Positions 1 to 11,119 of a stretch of DNA of 64,000 nt are shown one piece after another. The DNA comes from Thalia democratica (lineage: Eukaryota). The number at the start of each line of letters is the position of its first letter. Within the stretch, counting starts at the first letter, position 1. The notes under the pieces were generated by a model that was given only the letters and a program-made list of their open reading frames with translations, was not told where the DNA came from and ran no database searches. The stretch covers positions 64,046,001 to 64,110,000 of the forward strand of contig OZ241827.1 in the NCBI GenBank assembly GCA_965202585.1, written 5' to 3'. The translations under genes and the position numbers were made by a program.

Positions 1-405
1 GTTAGTGTCATTTCGAGTTGTAAATGTAATTAAAAATTACTTTATTTTAAACTTATTTTATTTATGAAACAAAGCAAATATTTAAAGACATTTTTACTTT
101 ATAATAATGCAAGATTCACAAAACTGTTCATAATACTCCAATTATCAGGACCACTGCATTTGTGAGTCCAAGATCTGTTAGACTTTTGCCAATGTAATCT
201 TTGATGCTATGAAACAAAAATAACAAAGTATTCTATTTTCGTTTCTATGCTTTCAGTTGATATTGATGAGTGGTAAAAATTTTTTACATTACAAAAATCA
301 AATTTTATGTTATATATTTAGTTTATATAAGCTAATGTTGTAAATAAATATCATACTTAGTCAGCAAATTTTTATGTAGTACTTTCAGCTTATTTAATTA
401 TAAAT

Positions 406-487
406 ATGGGCGGTAAGGTGTCCAGAGCAGATTTTGAGTGGGTTTACACGGATCAGCCCCATGGTGACAGAAGGAAAGCCATGTTCA
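406..487 (+). CDS. DEGS1: DEGS exon 1 ([27 protein letters not shown])
   Basis: ATG at 406; phase-1 donor GTTAGT at 488. Confidence 0.92.
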
Positions 488-3400
488 GTTAGTTTTGTAT
501 ATAAATTGATTAAAATATTGTTCATGTGATTGTTAATATAAAGTGTCTTTGAAATAAGTACTTGACAATTAAACAAAGTTTGTATGATGAAATGTTTGTT
601 AGACTGTTGTCGAACAAATATTCATATAGCAATAATGAAAAATAAGTTTATATTTTTCCACTAAGTATAAATACCCAAATTTAGTTTACTTTTTGTTATA
701 CATATAGCAAGTTTTATAAAAAATTTACTAATAACAAATTGTTATTATTATAACTGCTGTTAATCAAGAAAATACTTTTTTTTCAGATAATTTTTTGACA
801 TGAATTTGTTATACTAAAGTTGTGTATAATTTTAATTAGTAAAACTCATTTACTTACTTAAAACTCATCACTACTAACTCATCATTACTTAAAACCCACA
901 AGAAACTAAAGTTTCCAAAGAAAGTATCTTTAAAAAAAAGAAAAAAAAAACACAGATAGAATCTAGCAAAGGTTCACTAAGTCGTTTTAAACCAGAAAAG
1001 TACCCACATATAAAGAAGTTGTCCAACACAACTTAAAAATAGATATTTCAATCAAAACTGCTTTTAAAGCTACACAAAAATTATTGTAAACAACAATCTA
1101 TACAAATTTTATTTCAACCAGAAAAGTACCCGCAAATAAAGAAGCTGTTCACGGTTGACAACCACTTTGTGTACGTCGTCCTAGCAATGGTGTGCACACA
1201 GGTCATCATGTGCTACCTGGTCAAAGACATGTCGTGGACCGCGTTGATTTTGCTGGCCTACTTGTTTGGAGGCACCATCAACCACTCTCTGACGCTGGCC
1301 ATACACGACATCAGCCACAACACTGCGTTCGGGTTGGTTGGATGTTTCATTAAATTATTTCTATTTTTTAAACATGTACATGTGCTATGTACTGTTTAGT
1401 TATTGTTTGAAATGGTTAGTTTACACCACTGAACCCCCAGGTGTTAAAATAAAGCAGTATAAACATTGCTACAAAAATTAATAGATGTTTTGTAATAAAT
1501 CAAAGGAAAATAAACTTGCTGTTTTATGTAAAGCAAAATAAACAAACTTTACTTTGATTACTTAACTTCAATTAACAACTTTATATTTGATTAATTGATT
1601 AAGTGTTTCAAAGTATAGTTGTTTAAAAGAATGAAGTTTTATATTTTTTCTACATTTTATAAGTCATAATACAGCTTCTGCTTGAGTTGAAAACTGTATT
1701 ATATTAATAAATAAGTATCAACATGTTAAAGTAATTTAACAAATTAGCTCACTTAAAAGCTGCATATTTTTTATTTTTGTTTTTTTAAGGCATATTGGTA
1801 TAAACAACACATCTACCTTTTAAGTGATTTAGATATTGTACAAAAAAATAATCAACATACAGTTGTTCAGTATATTTTATTATACGTAATATTTATAGTA
1901 ACAAGATTTTAATATTTTTTTATGTTTTTCGTTTGTAATAGTCAACTTGCAATACATGATATAAGTCAAAATGTTGCATTTGAGCAAACTATATTTTACT
2001 CTACATTTCAGTATGTTGAATGATGATACAAAAATAATTATAAACTTTATACATGACTTTTAATTTTTATTTTATAATTTGACTGCTATATGTGTGTTAG
2101 TTTATTTACAGTTGAAAACAAAATTAAATTTTTAAAACTGTTCAAATCTGCAACTGTTACATCTCTACAGAAAACAAAAAATACATTTTTAAACAGGCGC
2201 CACTAGACAAAATGATGGAAAACTTTCAAATAGTATAAACTGTCACAAATGTATAAAAATGCTTTTATACAGCTAAATACAACAATCTGCACATGACAAA
2301 GTAGAACATGTTTATTAAATTGCAAATTCTACTAAAAAAAAAACAAAGCTGCTAGGTGACAAAATAAGCAACATATTTTAACAAAACTTTTATATCCTTT
2401 AACATACAAAGTTGCCACTTTACTTGGAAACCCCAAAAAACCTGCCATTTGAAAATTTAGGCAAAAAAAATAACCTGGAGCTTTATACAATTTTTACATG
2501 TTAAGTAGGAAAGTTTTGATTAGAAAACACATTTGAAGTAGCTTTACAGTATCTTTTCAATGTTTTTATACTATCTAACACAGTTTTTCACCTTAAATTT
2601 AACTTTAAACTAAAAATAAACCCATAAACATGTACTTTCAAAAACCTGGAAGGAATTTCTCAAAAACCAGTGGCAACCCTGAACATAATATACTTGGTTA
2701 TTTTTTTAACTTCTTTTTAACACTGCTTGCAATAGTCACACTAAGTCATACATTTGGTAGCTATTGAAAATTTAAAGTGGTACATATTACATAATACTTT
2801 AAAACAGATATTTTTGGATTACAACAAAATCAGCAGTACAACTAATTTAATATTTTTTTCAAACCAAGGCACAAAACAAAAGAACACACATTTCTCATAA
2901 AGTTTCAACATTGCTAAAAAACACACACTAGGCACATGATATACTGGGGCACATAAATGCACACGTGAAATTATAGCAAATTTTAACATGTTACACACGT
3001 TCATTACTGTTTTACAGATGTTACCAACCTACAGTAAACATTATTGATTTTTATTTACCACAACTAATTTCAAGTGTTTTCAAACGCGCAGGTACCACAA
3101 GACGCTGTGGAACAGGTACTTCGGGATGATCGCCAACCTGCCCATAGGCGTCCCGATGTCCATCGGCTTCAAAAAGTACCATGTCGACCACCACAGGTTT
3201 GTGTTTAGTTTTACTTGCTAGACTTTGAAACATGCATTTATTTGAATTTGTTCACACGTCATAAGTTGAAATTTTCTTTCAAAATGTTTTACTAACCAAA
3301 AGTTTTTTCAAATTTGTTTAATATATACCACTTGATAATGAAACTCGTATAGTTTTGAAAACGTTTGTGAAATGAAATCTAAAAAAAAAAAGAGTAATTT

Positions 3401-6400
3401 CTATACACTCAGTTGCAAATAGTATATAAATTTACGTTAATTTTTTACATCTTTTGTTTTTCTCTTTGAATTACAGTTAAGACACCTACAAGGCAAATCA
3501 TTATTTGATAAAAGAATTCTTTAAATTTTTTAGTTTGTATTTTTATTCAGCGCAAAATTGGTTTTTATTAAATAATTTGTTTATTTTCAAAATAATTAGT
3601 TGTTGGGTTTTTCAAGTCTGTTCTTACATGCGTAAACCAGGAAAGTGTTTTTGAAATGTAATTTTTAAGATGACCAGTGTAGGGTTTTGTTTTGTGTTAA
3701 AGGCTAGTAGTATTCAGCAATGAAAGTAATTCTTTTTTTAAATATTTTATCATTTCCACCTATTTTAAACTTGATTTATAGTATTTTTATTCAGTCTTCC
3801 ACTTTTAAAAAAATATTCTCTCCCAACCCAGGCTAGATTTTTAACCAGAAAGAGTGGCAACCTTTAGTATTTAAGTTAAAAATATTGTTTAAAAAATGAT
3901 GTGAAATGTACGTATTAAGAATTTAAAAATACTACATGTCTTGAATTGAAAAAAAACATCCATGAAAAAATATTTTATGTAGTTAAACACAGTCAACCAA
4001 CCAAGACATGTTGTTTTAGTTTAATTGTTCGTTTCAACACAGAAATTTATGAAGTTAAGTCACTCAGAATTGTTTTATGTCCTAATTGATTTGTTTTCCC
4101 TAACTTCAATATGACTTTTTTTTTCAAACGCCTACAGTTGGTTTCTATGTAACTAGATTACAGTGTTTTGCATCGATAAGACTGCATGTTTTAAACGGTT
4201 TAAGAAAGTGATAAGCATTATGTTAAAATAAAATAGTATCTAAAATGCAATATCAAGTTGTGTAGAGTTTTTGAAATTATTTTTGGTTTTGAGGTTGTTG
4301 TTATATTTTATTATTTATGTTGTAGTCTTAAATATTAAAGTATGTTTTTATCTAATAAAAATAAGTTGATTATTTATGTGAAAAAATTGTAAATTAACCT
4401 TATTTGAAGGTGAGTTAGTTTGGAATATTGTTTTATTTAAAAAACAGAAATAAGCTTTTATTTTATTTGAAAAAAACTAATATACGAAAAGATAAGGCTA
4501 AATTATTGTTAAATGATGGTTTGTTGATGTCTGAAAGTCTGTATTTAAAATCAATTCTTTTTCAATTAAATTCAAGCCACAAGGCTCAAGTTTAAGCTTA
4601 GTAACTAAATACAAAATTTATATTTCTGTTTAACTTCTATATTTTGATTCAACTTAGAAATGTGTACAAATGTTGTTTAAAACGAAATATTATTGATTTT
4701 TTATATTAGGTGTAGTTTTACTACGCATAGGTTTATGCTGTTTTTTATAGTCTGCTAAACCAATTATAAGCACTTTTACAATATATCATTTGTAAAGCAT
4801 TTTTAGAAAGTTTATTCCAAACACTTATTTAATAAAATTATCTTGTTATGCTATAAACATTCAAGCAAAAAGTAATTCAACCAACTCAAGTGCAATCAGT
4901 TTTTTAAATAATTAAGTTCATTTATAAAAAGAAATTACAATAATTACTGTAACTTTAAATATATTATCAATTGATAAGTGTATATTTTTTCTAGGCTGCG
5001 TTGTTGATTTTTACAATGACGCTGTAGGAAGCTTCCTACACAAAATTTGCATAAATTTTGAAACTTTAAAATATCTTAACAAAAGCTTTTTTGAGTTTTA
5101 AGCAACTGTCTAAAGCTAAATTGTGCTTTCACCAACTGATAAAATTAAGAAAAATAATTTAACTGTGTTATAGTTTATGTATGTAATAAATTGTTTTTTG
5201 ATTACAACTACACTCCCGACTTAGCAAACGTTGAAATTTTTCAAACCATGTAAAAAGTTTCCAGTCGGGTTGAAATATTGAGCAAAGCAACAATATAAAA
5301 GCATTTGTAAGGCAGGAAAATTAATATTCACTGTGAATGGAAGGTGGGTAATATGCAAACAAAAGGTGCAGCTCGCGTTGCTTGGTTTTTGTTTATCTTT
5401 CAACAGAGCGTTAAAATTTTCATCTTACGTAACTTTTCATAGCCATTCGAAAAGTGATAAAAAAGTTGAAGTCTATTTTGTTTTGCAATTTTTTTTAATC
5501 ATTAAAAGTCAGAAAAACGCATTAATCATTGGCCAATGGCCACAGATATAGTTTACGATAACAAAAAAGTATGAACAACTTATACTCGATAGTTGACTTG
5601 TTTTTATAAAACTTAAAAAAAACTTGCTGTTTCTAAAAGCTGTGGATTTTGTGCATTGAAATAAAACTCACTGACTAGATTTAACTCACTTTCTTTCCCT
5701 TTTATTTTTAATCACGTGCACACTCTGCATAAAAGTTTTTCAAACAAACTTTTGTTAAGACGTTCACTGTGGAGAATTTAAATTATAGTGCAAACACATT
5801 ACATCATTTTTAAATTTAAGTTAAATGTCACTAAATAAACTTGACATTAGTAAACAGTAATTCGTAAAGTTATAGCGTGTATTTACTTTAAGTAGGTATG
5901 GATGCTGTTTTTTCTAATGGTTATATAACTTTACACTTTTGGTATCCCACAAACGAATTTGCCAAACCAAACCGCATTTATTATGAGAAATGTTGTTTTA
6001 AACAGTATTAAACAGTATTAAAAACTTGTTGTCCTGTTTACTTTTATGTGAGTCTTGTATCTTTTTACATACAGTTTTTACTTAATTGTTTAAAATCCAT
6101 AATACCTTTAATTATAAAAAGAATATGAACAAAATATGAAAAATAAGAATATAAAAAAAAAATGTGATTGAATTTCGTTAAATTTAAACTGTCGAACAAA
6201 ATTACAATGATAGACAGTTTCAGGGTTTTCGGTATATTTGAAACAGCTGCATTTTAGTTTTTTTTCAAATATATTATTTGCCATTAATATTGTTATTAAA
6301 CATTTCTAGTATGTGTTTATTTGTAAGCAAGTTACCATAAAAATGAAAAGATTCATAGAAACCTAAATGGCAAAAAGTTAAAGTTCATCAAAAAATTTGA

Positions 6401-9400
6401 ATAAAAAATAATAATGCCATGGTGGAAGCCTGTATGGTAGCAAACTGAAACTACTCAAAACATTTAAACTCAAATACCATTCAACGCAGGTACCTGGGCG
6501 GGGACAAGTTGGACGTGGACCTGCCAACGGAGCTGGAAGGTTACCTGTTCAGCAACTCGTTCACCAAAATAATCTGGCTCTTCCTCAACCCGCTCTTCTA
6601 CACGTTGCGACCCATGGCCGTCAACCCCAAGCCCGTCACTGGTTGGTGATTGGTTGACTGTAGTTTTGGTTTGTTACGAGTTTTCTCAGCTTTGGTTTTT
6701 TTTTCTGCGCATTGAAAACTGCAAGTTCAAAAGAATAAAGTTAATATTTTGTATTGTGTTACTTTTATATTTAAAAGTTCTTGGGAAAAATGTATTTTTA
6801 AAATTTTTATGTAAAGAAAAATTATTGAGATTATTGCTCAGTTTGTAATATGTGTATTCGGAATTTGTTAAAATTTTTACAAATTGTTTGTTTTCCTTGT
6901 AACGTTTTAAGATTTTTATTTACATCAGTAACGTATAGTGTTATGTATTATTTAAAACAACAACTCGGTCAAAAAAAATGAGTACGTATTTATATGAAAG
7001 CGTTGAAACTTCTCATAAATAATTGATAGTTTGTAAGTTGAGGCGGAACAACTTAAATTAAAGATTTTTGACTTTGTGGACCGATATTGTAATGTATTGA
7101 AATTTCTTTAAACCTGGAAAAAAAAGATTTGTGTAACCGAGATTAAACATTTATAAAGAATCAGCTTGGACTGTAAACAATGTTAATAACCGAAGAATTC
7201 TCCTATAAAACTGAATGGTAAACGTGATATGTTTTAATTACCGAGATTAATTAAACAAAACAAAAAACCTAAAATAGATTCAACTGTCTTTTTCATATCA
7301 ATCAGAAATTATATTAAATTGAATGAATATTTGAAGTTTGCTATTTATTTACTCTAGCCCAATTGTACACCTATTTTTATATGTTTTATCGATAACAGAC
7401 TTTTAAGTATACCTCAAAATTATTCTATCAATACATTTTGAACAAAATCAGTTATTCATTAAATAAATAAAGTTACACATTAAATTTTTCTTAAATCATA
7501 CACTTTTATAATAATTCAGTTGTTTTATAAGATTATCTTAATTTCATCCACAAGCCTTTATTAATACTTACTTACTTACTTCAAAAAGTAAAACCAAATA
7601 TGACATAAACCGATAACCAACATGCATTCAAATGTTCATACAATAAGAAACTTGTATTTAGTTTTCAACCAATCGCAGACCTGGAAATTCACAACACGAT
7701 CATCCAATTGGCGTTCGACGGCTGGTTGCTATGGAGCTGGGGACCGAAGCCAGTGTTGTACCTGTTGTCAGGCACCCTTCTTTCCCTGGGTCTGCACCCC
7801 GTATCTGGCCACTTCATATCCGAGCACTACATGTACACAAAAGTTTGTTTGTTTTTCATAAAAAATGCGATTTAGTTCGATGTTCAAGTAAAAGTGTTTC
7901 GTTACGTATGCATAAAAGTTTTGTTTTTGGTAACAAAATAGAAAATAGAATGGTTTGACACAAATAAATTTATTTTCAACAATGTTATTAAGTTGAGATG
8001 AAGATAGATAAAAGTATAGAAGTGTTTACATTACATATACACAAAGGTTTATTTGTTTTGTGTTAAAGTTGATGATATGTTGAAAGCGAAATGTTTACTT
8101 CATGTACACAAAAGATTGCTTGCCAAGACATTGATTAGTCTTTATATTTTCAATTTCCAAACACGCGCTATGGTTGTTGCTTTTCGGGAATTAGTTTTGA
8201 AAACAAACTAAACATACGAATTCTATTTTAAGCCAAGAAATAAAAGTTTAAAGATAAAAAAGTCTTAATACTACCTGTATTTAATTTTGAGTGAAATTTA
8301 AAGTACCTTTTAAAAGTGTAGTTTTTCAAACATAAGGAGCTTATTATTAGATGCATACCAGAATATTGAACTAATTTTGTGTGTATGCAAAATTGTTTTT
8401 CATCAAGCTTATTTGTAAAGCTCTAAAGTTTTACATCTTATTATTCAAATGAATTCAAAATGCGTTAGATATTTTTTCTTTAAATTAAAAAAAGTATTCC
8501 GTTTCCGAATGGAAACAGTTTACTTTTTAAGAAGTTATAAAGTTTGAGAGAAATTTTTAAACACTGTGTATTTGTTCGGTAAGTATTTTCCGTACCAAAA
8601 TAAATTTTACATAAAACATGAAAATTGATGCTGATTGATTAAAGTTGCATTTAGAAGCAAAACATTGTAGAAAACTATCTGAAAAAAAAAGAAGTTCCAA
8701 ATGTCTATAATTTATATTTGCACTAATGCAAGTATAATTTAGCTTATATTCATTTGTCTTACATAATTAAAGTACAAAACTTAACTAAGTAAGGATGACA
8801 AAAAGAAAATAATTAGGAAAAAATAAGTAAAAACACTTTTGTATATTTGCACCAGGGTCAGGAAACTTACTCGTACTACGGAGTTTTGAACAGAATAACT
8901 TTCAATGTTGGATACCACGTTGAACACCACGATTTTCCCGCAATACCCAGTTCCAAGCTACCTTACGTTAGTATTTGTACTGCGATATTTTTTATTTACT
9001 GTAGTCATTTAAATATATCATTTTTTAATCAAAATGCATACCAAGTGCTAAACTTCCATATGTTACTCGTTTGTACTTATTTTAAATATAAACTTTTAAT
9101 ATATTTACACATAAAATCATCCAGTACTGAATAAAGATTTATTTAGTATAAAACTTACGTTTTTCAATAAAGTTATGTGATAGGCTCTAAATTGCCTTAC
9201 CTTACTAACTTGTTGATAATATTAACTTAGTTACACAAACGTATTAATTATGTGAGTTTAATAACAAAGTATATAAAATATTGACACAGTTACAGTTTCT
9301 TCAGACAATCATACTAGTATTTGTTGTTTAGATGGGTCGTATTAAATTCAAATGTTGTAGTGTTTGCTATATTTATTTATAGGTTGAACATAAAACCAGT

Positions 9401-11119
9401 AATAAACTGACTAAATGTTTAAATATACACAAACACATATTAAGTAATTTTAATTTTTATGACCTAAAATTTTCATACGTTAATTCTATTATAATTCAAT
9501 TGAAATAAAAGTCAATTTTGTTACAAGGATACAGTTTTGTAAGTATTAGCCTTTGGTATGTATTTAAAATATTTAAAAAAATAATAAACACAAATCAAAT
9601 TACATACAATGTTTTTGAAATACATGATTGAAAACTGTTTATGTTCTGAATTTTCTTCAATTAGTTTCAAACTAAGAAATGTTTCATAACGAGTATTGTG
9701 GATACTTCACCTTGACAAAATTTACGCTTTACAAAGTAAAGAGTGCTGTGAGGTGCGTTCTATTGTAACAATTTGTATTGTTGAAGTTAATTTACTTTTG
9801 AAAGATTTGAATTATTCACTTTCATTGCGATAACTGTTGTGCTTTATCTCAAAATGGTGTTTTTGGTTTTGTTACTTTCAAGTTTAAAAACATACTTTTG
9901 TCGTGTTTGATCAAAACTATTTGCGAATAAGAAAAAACTGTACAAAGTAATTAAGGAAAAAAAAGTAAATAGCTAACAAATTATTATGAAGCAATTATCA
10001 AAATATCTAAACTATGAAACAACTTTCAATTTAATTGGTTTAATTTAAAAACAAGTTTAAAATTTTTAGTTGCTAAAATATACGCTAAAAATTTACAGCT
10101 TTTTTTTCTACTTTGATGAAATATTTATTAGTTGCAAAGCTTGAAAATGCGTTTTCATTTTCTCTCAGGTGATAAGTTTTTGTTATGAAATATTTAAGAA
10201 TACTTTTTACATTTGCTTTAACAACCACATGCTGGTTAAAAAAACACTAAATTAATCTTTTTTACTACACAGAAATTAGTTAAGCGTTTTATAGCGTTAT
10301 GAGCTTAAAATATAAAATTGTCTTGCGCTGAACTGCTATAAAATGACTGATCTTTTTAATTATTTTTTATGGTAACCAATTATGAAAGTTTACGTCGTAT
10401 TGTGTCTGTTTAGTTTTGTGTGATTTATCCAGTGTAAGCTCAAGTGGCTGAAAACTGCTTTGCATATAACGTACGGATCGTTTTCAGTTTCACGTTTTGA
10501 ATTAAACTTATAATGTACACTTTATATGTACTATAAACACAACACTACTTTTTTTTTCTGAAACAATTGCTTCACTATTCCGTTGAACAAAATAGGTTCT
10601 AAGTGAATTTGTTAGGTAGACAATAAAAAAATACATAAGTACTTTGAATTTTCATGAACATATGTTGTAAAAAATATTAACTACAAACTAATAAAAAATC
10701 CAAGTATTGTGATTTCTTTATACGTTTATTTTAAAGTGATTAATAATCAAATTACTAAAAATAAATAAACTATCTAGTTGAAGAAGCTAACATTAGTTTT
10801 CGCTCTTTTTGCATAACTGCCTTTTAAAAAATCAATAATTAAAAAAACCTATAAAAACTTCCAGGTAAAGAAGGTAGCGCAAGATTTGTATCGTCTTCAT
10901 ACAACAGACTTTAGATTTATATATAATAACTCAACTAATAGATAAATTAAAATGCAGGTGAAGAAGATAGCGCCGGATTTTTACGAGCACCTCCCCTCGT
11001 ACACTTCATGGTGCCGGGTCCTCTTCGATTTCGTCTTCGATCCCGCCATCGGCCCCCTCTGCCGCGTCAGAAGGAACTTCGAGCTGGGCGGTGACGCGAT
11101 AAAGGCGGTGACGTCATAA
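406..11119 (+). CDS. DEGS1: Sphingolipid delta(4)-desaturase / dihydroceramide desaturase (DES1/DES2 family), 7 coding exons, 328 aa
   Basis: Exons 406-487, 1122-1332, 3092-3196, 6490-6641, 7679-7842, 8856-8966 and 10958-11119 join in frame through GT-AG introns (987 nt including stop). N-terminus [23 protein letters not shown]; three His boxes HDISH, HVDHH and HVEHH; GHFISEH and ETYSYYG motifs typical of DEGS. DEGS1 versus DEGS2 orthology is not resolved. Confidence 0.95.
1122..1332 (+). CDS. DEGS1: DEGS exon 2 (KYPQIKKL...[13 protein letters not shown])
   Basis: Acceptor CAACCAG; first His box; donor GTTGGT at 1333. Confidence 0.93.
2407..2681. mobile_element. MITE, CAGGGTTGCCAC-TIR family, 6-bp TSD
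   Basis: Left end CAAAGTTGCCAC, right end GTGGCAACCCTG; AACATA directly flanks both ends (2401-2406, 2682-2687). Interior resembles 32760-33060 and 35493-35888. Confidence 0.8.
3092..3196 (+). CDS. DEGS1: DEGS exon 3 ([35 protein letters not shown])
   Basis: Acceptor CGCGCAG; second His box; donor GTTTGT at 3197. Confidence 0.93.
6490..6641 (+). CDS. DEGS1: DEGS exon 4 ([17 protein letters not shown]...[12 protein letters not shown])
   Basis: Acceptor AACGCAG; DVDLPT and LRP motifs; donor GTTGGT at 6642. Confidence 0.93.
7679..7842 (+). CDS. DEGS1: DEGS exon 5 (LEIHNTIIQ...[18 protein letters not shown])
   Basis: Acceptor ATCGCAG; [13 protein letters not shown] motif; donor GTTTGT at 7843. 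Confidence 0.93.
8856..8966 (+). CDS. DEGS1: DEGS exon 6 (GQETYSYYG...[19 protein letters not shown])
   Basis: Acceptor GCACCAG; third His box; donor GTTAGT at 8967. Confidence 0.93.
10958..11119 (+). CDS. DEGS1: DEGS exon 7, terminal ([18 protein letters not shown]...KAVTS*)
   Basis: Acceptor AATGCAG; IAP.FY..LP...SW motif; TAA at 11117-11119. Confidence 0.92.
   Translation: MKKIAPDFYEHLPSYTSWCRVLFDFVFDPAIGPLCRVRRNFELGGDAIKAVTS

Noticed and set aside
841-900. Short AAAACTCAT(C/T)...ACTT tandem (also a 19-bp doublet at 25836-25873)
   Set aside because: Ordinary micro-duplications not tied to a junction; no further signal.
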